This document shows, piece by piece, positions 29,438-36,952 of a stretch of DNA of 64,000 nt. The notes below the pieces were generated by a model that saw only the letters and a program-made list of their open reading frames with translations, made no database searches and had not been told where the DNA came from. The translations under genes and the position numbers were made by a program. Within the stretch, counting starts at the first letter, position 1. The number at the start of each line of letters is the position of its first letter. Source of the stretch: a virus (lineage: Duplodnaviria; Caudoviricetes); IMG/VR virus record IMGVR_UViG_3300033991_000293, positions 706 to 64,705 of that record; one strand, given 5' to 3'.

Positions 29438-29820
29438 TTAGGACAAGAGTACCATCTGTGCAGGGGAGATTCGAGTCTGGCCAGTGGCCAGCGAAAAGGT
29501 CATACACCCGCAAGGGTGTATAAACTCGGGTAGCACTTTGGCTTTACAGCCATTCAGCGCGATGGTGGGTAGAGTCGAGCAGCCCAGGATGGGGTAAAGC
29601 CGTCAGGTAATGACTACACGAAACTACTGCCTTGACAAGTCAATTCGATAGGGTAACAGGGAATACAGGAAGTGGAGTGGGGTGGGGGAGCCTGCCATCC
29701 AAAGGGGGGAACTCTCCAGGCCGGCATCTGCAATCGCAATGCTCACCATAGCCCAATGTAGGGCATAATCATTTTCCAGGGAATTTTTAGGAGTTTCTTT
29801 ACCAGTTATTAACCTTCGCA

Positions 29821-29829
29821 TGGTATACT
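29821..29829 (+). promoter_or_regulatory. extended -10 promoter for the accessory island
   Basis: TGGTATACT after an AT-rich stretch; no clear -35. Confidence 0.45.
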
Positions 29830-29834
29830 TATAG

Positions 29835-30290
29835 ATAGTAGGATGGTACGCACGAAGGGGAAGCAGCCCCACCGGTAGCCTGGCAAAATAGAGGGAGCCC
29901 CCGCCCGCAGGGGGGAAACCTGACCAGAGTAGCACCAGAACAAACTAGCCGAGTAGAGCGAAGTAAGCCAAGACTAGGGACAAGCACCACGGGAAAAGGG
30001 GCAGGATGAACGGAGAAACCTGAACCCAGGGTGAGACTAACCGACGAGTAAGCCGAAAAGCGAAACTCAAAGCCAAAGCCCGACAGTGAAAATCTGGCAT
30101 AGGGAGCGAGTCGAAACCTGGGAAGGTGAGACTGGCCGACGAAACGCAAGGTTGGTGAGAAACTCCTGGATCACAGCGAAAGCGAAAAGACCTGGCGGAG
30201 AAAAACAAGAGGGTTAAAAGGCAAAGGGTACTACCCCACCAGCAGCAGGCCAACAAGAGATTGACAGGTTGCTGGTGCAGCAGTACCGCA
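29835..30290 (+). ncRNA. candidate large structured ncRNA / leader
   Basis: No + ORF; strongly A/G-rich and U-poor; recurring GCGAAA and GTGAGA loops; 5' GTAGGATGGTAC can pair with 3' GTACTACCCCAC. Confidence 0.5.
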
Positions 30291-30328
30291 CTGAATGGAT
30301 TCACATAACTCCACAGGAGGATTTGACG

Positions 30329-30532
30329 ATGGACGAGCAGCAGAGAATCAAGGAACTGGAAGCCGCCCTGAGTGAACTGGAAAGCGCCTCGGTAAACTTC
30401 GGTTTGGCAGTGATCGAAACGCTGAAGTTTGACCTTGCTGGCCAGGCTTACCTGCAGAAGGGTTACTTGCCCAACTTGACCCGCGCAGTTCGCAAGGCCC
30501 GCCTGACCCTGGGCCTGGATCATTCCGAATAG
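30329..30532 (+). CDS. hypothetical protein (island gene 1)
   Basis: RBS CAGGAGG. Confidence 0.7.
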   Translation: MDEQQRIKELEAALSELESASVNFGLAVIETLKFDLAGQAYLQKGYLPNLTRAVRKARLTLGLDHSE

Positions 30533-30534
30533 AA

Positions 30535-30616
30535 TAAGGTAGGGGGAGAGTGAACTCCCCCCTTACCACTAGCCCAGGCCACCGCCTGGGTTAGTGGTAG
30601 GGAGACACAGAATCCC
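30535..30616 (+). repeat. four-arm hairpin element E1
   Basis: Overlapping stems AGGGGGAG/CTCCCCCC and CCTTACCACTAGCCCAGGC/GCCTGGGTTAGTGGTAGGG. Confidence 0.6.
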
Positions 30617-30812
30617 TGGTGCAGGAGTAAGCCACGATAGCCCTGCACTGGATACCCTGAGCAAAGCACGAACCGACGTGCAAGGGTTTGCCTCAACCCT
30701 GGACGGGCAAGGGGAGTGGGATTGGAGTCCACGAGATTGTGAGGGAGCCTGGCCAGGCCGAGTGGCCGAAAGCCTGGTCAGGCGATAGCAACCAAAACCC
30801 CAGGAGGATAAA

Positions 30813-31223
30813 ATGTACCCCGCAATTGACCTGAACAAAGTGATTGGCTTGACCGACGAGGAACGCGCTCTGGCAGCAGGTATCATCAACAAACAGACAG
30901 GTTGCCTGCGCGCAAGCAAGCCGAAGGTCACCTTCCGCCGTACAGGGAAGTATGACCAGTTTGGGAACGCAGAAGTCGATGCCGACCTCATAACGGAAGG
31001 CGGAGACACCGCCTACATTTGGCGCATGGTAGCCTTTTTCACGAGTAGCAACCGGCAGCACCAGTGCATGCCCTGCACTGCAGATTTTGACCTGAACGGT
31101 AACACTGCCGAACGGATGGCACGCGCCAAGTACCTCGACACCATTGTCGACAGGATTGTGGACAGTATCCCAAAGAACGAGTGGCACGGTGTACGCCGTT
31201 GGGCCCATGCCTTTGGGTACTAG
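30813..31223 (+). CDS. hypothetical protein (island)
   Basis: RBS CCCAGGAGGA; 136 aa. Confidence 0.8.
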   Translation: MYPAIDLNKVIGLTDEERALAAGIINKQTGCLRASKPKVTFRRTGKYDQFGNAEVDADLITEGGDTAYIWRMVAFFTSSNRQHQCMPCTADFDLNGNTAERMARAKYLDTIVDRIVDSIPKNEWHGVRRWAHAFGY

Positions 31224-31229
31224 CAGAGA

Positions 31230-31353
31230 CAGGAGGGGATGGTACCCATCCAGGAGGGTGGGACCAGCCATTACCATCCCCCCCTGCTGTAACCCCAAAC
31301 CCACCCAGGGATTGGGGTTACAGCAGGGAACTGCAAGCGAGTAAAGCCCTGCT
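31230..31353 (+). repeat. four-arm hairpin element E2
   Basis: GGGGATGGTA/TACCATCCCC; CCCTGCTGTAACCCCA/TGGGGTTACAGCAGGG; downstream CCCTGCT. Confidence 0.8.
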
Positions 31354-31376
31354 AACATACCCCAGGAGGAAGTACA

Positions 31377-31865
31377 ATGAAAACCGTGATGATTCTCTTC
31401 CGGCATTTTGGCGAAGTTTGCTACACGCCCAAGTCCCCCACCCGCGAGTGGTTGGGTGATGCCGACGACGTAGACCTGACTGAGCAGAAGGATTGCATCC
31501 TCTCGAGTGATGATTTCAGGCCGGTCAAGGTGAACAAGTGGGATGTCCAGCCCGTGGAAGTCCCTGACTGGATGGAGGGTGACGACTACGCCGCTAACGC
31601 CTTCAAGTGGGAAAGCCTCTGGACAACCTCTGGAGCCAAGACCTTCCCCGAAGATTGGCAGGTTTACCTGGCGCTCTACGTCGACGAACCGAAAGAACGT
31701 CATGCCCTGGCCAAACTGCTCGCGGTCAAGAACTTCCGCTCGGAATTCCGCCAGAGTCTGCGTGACCAGGTAGTCGCCTTCATCGAGACCCCGCCCGACC
31801 AGCGCAAGTATGACAAGCCGTTATCCTGGAAGCAGATGAGTGCCCTTCTGCGATGGGAACGGTAG
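31377..31865 (+). CDS. hypothetical protein (island)
   Basis: RBS CCCAGGAGGA; 162 aa. Confidence 0.8.
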   Translation: MKTVMILFRHFGEVCYTPKSPTREWLGDADDVDLTEQKDCILSSDDFRPVKVNKWDVQPVEVPDWMEGDDYAANAFKWESLWTTSGAKTFPEDWQVYLALYVDEPKERHALAKLLAVKNFRSEFRQSLRDQVVAFIETPPDQRKYDKPLSWKQMSALLRWER

Positions 31866-31875
31866 CAACCGCCGA

Positions 31876-32008
31876 CAGTGGAGGGGGGATGGCCATACCA
31901 TCCTCCCCTGCTGTATCTCCAGAACCTGCACGGTCACCCAGGAATTGCCCTGGCTGACCACCCCAGGCCCTGGAGATACAGCAGGGGAACAACTGAGCAG
32001 ACCCTGCT
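31876..32008 (+). repeat. four-arm hairpin element E3
   Basis: CCCCTGCTGTATCTCCAG/CTGGAGATACAGCAGGGG stem shared with E5. Confidence 0.8.
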
Positions 32009-32034
32009 AGATTCTACCCCAGGAGGAAAGTACA

Positions 32035-32748
32035 ATGAAAGCCCATTATTTCTACAATGTCACCGTTGACAACCCCGACAAGTATGCCAAGTATGCCCAT
32101 CTGACGCTCGAGATTCGCAGCAGCACGAACAGCGGTCAGCCCCTGGCAACCTTAGCCTGGCAGTGCAACCGGATGGACGACACCAGCACCGCCCAGGAAG
32201 GGACCTGGTTGAAGGGATGGTCAGATTGGTATGGTTGCGACATTCGTGTCGAGGGACGGTCATTGAGTGACATCCAGGAGTCCGCAGCCGCCGTTCGTAG
32301 TGCATTGGGAAGCCAGGAGCCCTGGCAGATGCCCGATGTCGCTACAATTCTGCTGCGCTTGGCACGGAAGAAGGCCACCTTCACCGAAGTTCTGTATGAT
32401 GCCCGCCTGCATCAGTATGTGCCAATCGACGAACTCCAGCCGGAAGGGTATGAAGCCTGGCTGGATGACGCCAAAGCGATGGGCAGGTCATACCCGACTA
32501 CATCGGTACTCGCTCGCCATCAGGATGAAGCGCAACGCAAGATGGTCATCGCCCTGGCTGAAGGCGGATATGATGCAGTCTTGGAGGAATTCGTGAAGGC
32601 AGGGAAACCCGTATACCGTAGTTACGAGAAAGCCCCTGCCGATCCTCGCCATGCCATCGCCCGCCTGGGCATCACCAAGTCGCCGCAGATGGATATGGAT
32701 CAGGCCATGCACATGCTCGACACCATCGCCGAGTCCATAGAGGAGTAG
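32035..32748 (+). CDS. hypothetical protein (island)
   Basis: RBS CCCAGGAGGA; 237 aa. Confidence 0.8.
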   Translation: MKAHYFYNVTVDNPDKYAKYAHLTLEIRSSTNSGQPLATLAWQCNRMDDTSTAQEGTWLKGWSDWYGCDIRVEGRSLSDIQESAAAVRSALGSQEPWQMPDVATILLRLARKKATFTEVLYDARLHQYVPIDELQPEGYEAWLDDAKAMGRSYPTTSVLARHQDEAQRKMVIALAEGGYDAVLEEFVKAGKPVYRSYEKAPADPRHAIARLGITKSPQMDMDQAMHMLDTIAESIEE

Positions 32749-32762
32749 ATGCTCCTCCCACA

Positions 32763-32849
32763 GGTTGAGCAGGAGGGAACAGGAGCCCTCCTGCCCAACC
32801 AAAACCCCAGGTAACACAACCTGGGGTTTTGGTTGGGATATACCCAATC
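32763..32849 (+). repeat. four-arm hairpin element E4 (divergent sequence)
   Basis: GGTTGAGCAGGAGGG/CCCTCCTGCCCAACC; CCCAACCAAAACCCCAGG/CCTGGGGTTTTGGTTGGG; TTGGG/CCCAA. Confidence 0.7.
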
Positions 32850-32886
32850 CGATTGATAAGTCAAGTCAGTAGCCCAGGAGGAAAGT

Positions 32887-33177
32887 ATGACCAGACAGGA
32901 ACTGATCCAGCGCATCAATGCAAGCGCAAGCGCCTTCCTCGGATTCCAAACTCAGATGGCCGGTCTGTCCAGCAAGAACAAAGCCCACCTCGAAGTGATG
33001 GCAACCGCCTACGAGAGAATGGTGGAACTCCGACAGAAAGCCGAAACAGTGCTCGGCCAGTATAGTAACATCGACAGGTTGGGATGGGATTTCTATCCGG
33101 AGCAGAAACCGGAAGAAGTCACAATCGCTGAACAATTGGCCAAGCAAGCCCTCACGATATGGGACACCAGATTCTAA
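32887..33177 (+). CDS. hypothetical protein (island)
   Basis: RBS CCCAGGAGGA. Confidence 0.75.
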   Translation: MTRQELIQRINASASAFLGFQTQMAGLSSKNKAHLEVMATAYERMVELRQKAETVLGQYSNIDRLGWDFYPEQKPEEVTIAEQLAKQALTIWDTRF

Positions 33178-33194
33178 TCCAGGAGGATTACACA

Positions 33195-33626
33195 ATGAAA
33201 GATCATACGTTCATCTGGCCAGCAGGGACATTGGCCCGCTGTAACAGGGGATGCCCGAACGCGCAGCCCCTGCTCCGCGAAGTCGAAGCCCTGGTGACCA
33301 ACAAGCGCCATGCTCGCATCGCCGAACCCATCATGCTGGACTGCGGTCATCTGGATTGGCATGACATCTATCGCGCCGACAACGTCGAGCAGACCTGGCC
33401 TGTGGACCCCGCCCCTAACATTCTCATCGCCGATGGGTACGCCGCCTTCCAGACTGACTACTGGAAGGTCACCAACGACAGTGGGGAATTTTGGGGCGAA
33501 GTGATGGCCATCAACCTGGCTGATGCCCGATACCAGTTTGAGGAACGCCTCAAGCAGCAGCAGAATTATGATGGCCTCGACCTGCTCCGCCAGGGGGGAT
33601 TCACCTTCAAGATTCACCAATATTGA
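33195..33626 (+). CDS. hypothetical protein (island)
   Basis: RBS CCAGGAGGA; C..GC...CGH. Confidence 0.75.
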   Translation: MKDHTFIWPAGTLARCNRGCPNAQPLLREVEALVTNKRHARIAEPIMLDCGHLDWHDIYRADNVEQTWPVDPAPNILIADGYAAFQTDYWKVTNDSGEFWGEVMAINLADARYQFEERLKQQQNYDGLDLLRQGGFTFKIHQY

Positions 33627-33635
33627 CCGCCCAGG

Positions 33636-33725
33636 GTAGGGGGGATGGCCACCGCACCATCTCCCCTGCTGTATCTCCAGAACCTGCGCCCAGGCCCTGG
33701 AGATACAGCAGGGAACTGACCCTGC
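33636..33725 (+). repeat. four-arm hairpin element E5
   Basis: Same central stem as E3, followed by AACTGACCCTGC. Confidence 0.8.
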
Positions 33726-33752
33726 GCAAACTATAGACAGGAGGAAAAGCCA

Positions 33753-33983
33753 ATGGTCACCTATCAGGAACGCCAAGTGTTTATAGTCCACGTCATCCAG
33801 CGCAAAACACGGTACTCGCCTGCGGTAGAACCACCAGCCGAAGTCGAAGTGCAGTTTGTGAATGACGACGGCTCCCTCATCCAGGGGGAACGGCCTCGCT
33901 TGGTACTCGTCACCGAACTGGATGAGACTATCGAGGGTGAGATTCAACTCAACGTTGACACCGCCGATGTCGTGCAAGGATGA
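33753..33983 (+). CDS. hypothetical protein (island)
   Basis: RBS CAGGAGGA. Confidence 0.7.
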   Translation: MVTYQERQVFIVHVIQRKTRYSPAVEPPAEVEVQFVNDDGSLIQGERPRLVLVTELDETIEGEIQLNVDTADVVQG

Positions 33984-33990
33984 AGGACAG

Positions 33991-34067
33991 GCAGGGGGGA
34001 TGGCCAGCATCCCCCCTGCGGTAGACCCAGGTCAACCGACCTGGGTCTACCGCAGGGAAAATACCTG
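33991..34067 (+). repeat. hairpin element E6
   Basis: GCAGGGGGGATG/CATCCCCCCTGC then CCCTGCGGTAGACCCAGGTC/GACCTGGGTCTACCGCAGGG. Confidence 0.85.
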
Positions 34068-34092
34068 AAGTTTTGCCTGCGAGTTTCGTTAT
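34066..34092 (+). promoter_or_regulatory. phage-sigma-type promoter motif 1
   Basis: TGAAGT-15 bp-CGTTAT. Confidence 0.65.
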
Positions 34093-34130
34093 ACTGGTAC
34101 GCAGCATCTTATAGACAGGAGGAACAAAAA

Positions 34131-34622
34131 GTGGATGAGATACAGATTGGTGCATGGTTTCTGTTCGTAGGCGAGAATCCCGCTTACCTCAAGGATCAGC
34201 CGGTTTTGCTCTGCGGAGTCCGCAAGGCATGGGCCAACGAGGATTCTGACGAAGCAGACATCCGCCACGACGTCAACCTCGCCAAAGTGGGGGGGATGGA
34301 AGTGGGCGACCGCGCATTTATCAAGATGTGGCTCCAGGCGAAACAGCGCCCTTCTTGGATCGAAGATGAATGTGCAGCCAGTGACCTGCAGCCCCTGCCG
34401 CAGGAACAGTGGCCCGACCGGAACCCGCAACCACTGATCACCTACCACGCTGTGGATACCGACGACAACGTCTTGGCAACCATCGAAGCCTACAACGTCA
34501 AGCGCGCCGAGACCCGCCTGTCGGAGTGGTTGCTCATGCCCGACAAGCGTCCGCAGTATGCAGCCTGGGCAAAGGCAAACTATAAGATTCAGCCCATGCC
34601 TGCATGCGACTGCGCAGTCTAG
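34131..34622 (+). CDS. hypothetical protein (island)
   Basis: RBS CAGGAGGA, GTG start. Confidence 0.75.
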   Translation: MDEIQIGAWFLFVGENPAYLKDQPVLLCGVRKAWANEDSDEADIRHDVNLAKVGGMEVGDRAFIKMWLQAKQRPSWIEDECAASDLQPLPQEQWPDRNPQPLITYHAVDTDDNVLATIEAYNVKRAETRLSEWLLMPDKRPQYAAWAKANYKIQPMPACDCAV

Positions 34623-34627
34623 CAGCC

Positions 34628-34716
34628 CAGGGGGAGAATGCCCCGCGCAGTATTCTCCCCCTGCGGTAGACCCAGGTCAGCCGACCTGAGTCTACCGCAG
34701 GGAACCTGAACCCTGC
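34628..34716 (+). repeat. four-arm hairpin element E7
   Basis: CAGGGGGAGAATG/TATTCTCCCCCTG; core shared with E6 and E8. Confidence 0.85.
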
Positions 34717-34744
34717 ACGATACCATATCCCAGGAGGAATAAGC

Positions 34745-35377
34745 ATGTGTAATCAAACTGTCCACATTGGCCCCGTGATCTATTTCACGGGCAACTTCGC
34801 CCGCGCTCGCATCGTCCGCCAGGATGTCAAGGGCAGGCCAATCTGCATCGAATTGGTGACCGCCAGTGGTCAGGCGATGGTCACTGAGTATGATGAGGAA
34901 GCCATGACCCTGTGGGATTTCCTGTGCAGGGATAGCATCGATGGCTCTGCCATCCTGCTGCATCATCAGGCAGAGACACAGGCCGAATTCGACGAGATAG
35001 TCCGCGACGAAGCAGCGCAGGAACATCCGCCCCTCGGCCAGCGCGATCACTATACCGCCGACGACGTCATTACCTACTTCCAGGTCAGCCGTGCGCTTGA
35101 TAAGGTTAACCGTGAAGTCGATACGCTGATCAGTGAGGAATGGGTTACACCCACCGAACTGAAGGTCTGGAGTGTAGTCGCCCACGCCCTGGGTGATGCC
35201 AGCGATCGCATCAAGATTGTCGACTGGGACCGCGACCGTGTCGAAGTTCATCGTTTCGCAGGGGAAACTCCACATGGTCATTGGCAGGAGTGGATGCCTG
35301 ATCAGGAAGCAGCCGACCTGGTTGCCACCGCTCTCAATGACGCCGCATACCAGAAGGCTTACTGGGCCGACGATTGA
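34745..35377 (+). CDS. acidic hypothetical protein (island)
   Basis: RBS CCCAGGAGGA; 210 aa. Confidence 0.8.
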   Translation: MCNQTVHIGPVIYFTGNFARARIVRQDVKGRPICIELVTASGQAMVTEYDEEAMTLWDFLCRDSIDGSAILLHHQAETQAEFDEIVRDEAAQEHPPLGQRDHYTADDVITYFQVSRALDKVNREVDTLISEEWVTPTELKVWSVVAHALGDASDRIKIVDWDRDRVEVHRFAGETPHGHWQEWMPDQEAADLVATALNDAAYQKAYWADD

Positions 35378-35387
35378 GCCAGCACAG

Positions 35388-35466
35388 GCAGGGGGGATGG
35401 CCAGCATCCCCCCTGCGGTAGACCCAGGTCAGCCGACCTGAGTCTACCGCAGGGAACTGACCCTGC
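35388..35466 (+). repeat. four-arm hairpin element E8
   Basis: Near-identical to E6 over about 70 bp. Confidence 0.85.
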
Positions 35467-35493
35467 ACGATATCAGTCCAGGAGGAAAATACC

Positions 35494-35838
35494 ATGAAAC
35501 CGATTGAAGTCGAAGCCTTACTCGCCCCCTACTTCAAGAAGAAGATAGGGCAGAAGGTCTGCCGGAGAGTCCGCACGGCCAATGATCTGGCCTTCCAGGT
35601 TTGGGCCCGTGACTATCAGGCCGAAGTCCTGGCGGTAGATGGTAATACCGCCTACGTGCAACTGACGTCGATTGACCTGGCACCATCGGAGAGCCATCGC
35701 GCAGGAAGTGACCGTGTGCTTGGGGATTACCAGATTGACTTGACCGGCATGGCCGGTCTAGACCCATTCTGGCGGAAACTCCTGGGGTTTGCCGACCCGC
35801 AGTGGGCGAAACTCATCACCCCGTCAGGCAACATCTAG
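35494..35838 (+). CDS. hypothetical protein (island)
   Basis: RBS CCAGGAGGA. Confidence 0.75.
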   Translation: MKPIEVEALLAPYFKKKIGQKVCRRVRTANDLAFQVWARDYQAEVLAVDGNTAYVQLTSIDLAPSESHRAGSDRVLGDYQIDLTGMAGLDPFWRKLLGFADPQWAKLITPSGNI

Positions 35839-35848
35839 GAGGAAACCC

Positions 35849-36370
35849 ATGATTACCATTGCCGATCTACTGGATGCGCTCAAGGACATTGAGTGCACGG
35901 CCACCCACTTTGCCCTGGCAGTGGCGACACAAGGAAGCAGGCCCGCCAATGCAGGAACAAGTCAGCCGGTCATTGATGAACAGCGCAAGCGCCTCGACGA
36001 CCTGTTGGTCAGCCTGAATACCAAAGTCCGCCCCTGCCTGGATGAAGCGCAGCAGCAGCCGCCTTTCGATGTCATCGCCGCCCTGGAGTGGGCGACTAAC
36101 CGCCTCGCCGCTGTGATCACCACCATGCCCGATGCCACCGAGTATTATGATCGTACCTGCCTGGCCAAAGCCCTGGAAGTACTCACGCATGCCAAGCATA
36201 CCAGGGACACCAACTTGCTGGCAGCCGCCCGCGCAGCCCTGGCCCTGTGGGATAAGTATGGCCTGGGGGATGAGGATAGTGAGTCAGAACCTGTCTATCA
36301 TATCCTCAAGGACGCTGTGGAGGGTTATGACTATTCGCGCTCGAAGCACGACAGGCCCTGCCCCTTCTAG
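35849..36370 (+). CDS. hypothetical protein (island)
   Basis: RBS AGGAGGA. Confidence 0.7.
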   Translation: MITIADLLDALKDIECTATHFALAVATQGSRPANAGTSQPVIDEQRKRLDDLLVSLNTKVRPCLDEAQQQPPFDVIAALEWATNRLAAVITTMPDATEYYDRTCLAKALEVLTHAKHTRDTNLLAAARAALALWDKYGLGDEDSESEPVYHILKDAVEGYDYSRSKHDRPCPF

Positions 36371-36635
36371 CGCCCAGGCCGGCACCACCATACCTGGGGG
36401 AAATGAGGAATCCCCCAGGTATGGCCTGGGGAATATCATTACCTTCCGTCTGCACGACGGCAGACTGGTCACCGGAGAAATCAGTACCATGAATCAGGAT
36501 GCCAGTGAACCTCAGTATCACGTCAGGATCGAACACGATTCAATGTACTCCAGTGGCTATTGGGTATGGGAACAGGAAGTGGTCAGCCAGGGAGTGCAAC
36601 TTTCCCTCTTTCCGCCAGATGCAGATGTGCTATAA
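36327..36635 (+). CDS. SH3/KOW-like hypothetical protein
   Basis: RBS GGAGG; RYGLGNIITF...G.I...YHV...WVWEQEV pattern. Confidence 0.6.
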   Translation: MTIRARSTTGPAPSSAQAGTTIPGGNEESPRYGLGNIITFRLHDGRLVTGEISTMNQDASEPQYHVRIEHDSMYSSGYWVWEQEVVSQGVQLSLFPPDADVL

Positions 36636-36672
36636 ACAATCCCCCCACCCAAGATGGGTGGGGGGATTGTTT
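36634..36672. terminator. bidirectional terminator between the island and the portal operon
   Basis: AAACAATCCCCCCACCC/GGGTGGGGGGATTGTTT perfect stem. Confidence 0.8.
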
Positions 36673-36733
36673 GCGTCCCTGCGACCCGATCTCCCCCACC
36701 GATGTGGGGGAGCCAATGTGGTACAATGGAGGG

Positions 36734-36952
36734 TTACTCAGCCGGCACCGCCTCCGCCCCCTGTTCTTCACGAACCAGCAACACGCCCCTCGGCTCCAGC
36801 GCCGCCTGGATCACCGCCCAGGTCAGGATACCATCGCCACCGGTCTTACCTTTGATGACCACGACGATGTGCAGCCCGGGCCCCAGGCCCGCCAGGCGAT
36901 TCAGTATGTCGTTCAGGGGGGAGCCAGGTTTGCCCTGCCGGTCATTGTTCAT
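36734..36952 (-). CDS. hypothetical protein
   Basis: ATGA-coupled to the portal stop. Confidence 0.5.
   Translation of the reverse strand: MNNDRQGKPGSPLNDILNRLAGLGPGLHIVVVIKGKTGGDGILTWAVIQAALEPRGVLLVREEQGAEAVPAE

Noticed and set aside
30040-30070. Hammerhead ribozyme core (CCGACGA...CGAAAC)
   Set aside because: Lacks the CUGANGA consensus and convincing stems I and III.
30693-31703. 336-aa minus-strand ORF (likewise 33174-34010, 52449-53474 and 55942-56859)
   Set aside because: Antisense to well-supported + genes; typical shadow ORFs in GC-rich DNA.
30535-35466. Island repeats as a CRISPR or TIGR guide array
   Set aside because: The spacers are whole genes of 200-700+ bp, the repeats vary in length and sequence, and no cas or Nop-domain gene is recognisable.
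30535-35466. Classical integron attC cassettes
   Set aside because: No consistent RYYYAAC/GTTRRRY ends and no tyrosine recombinase in the window; kept only as an analogy.
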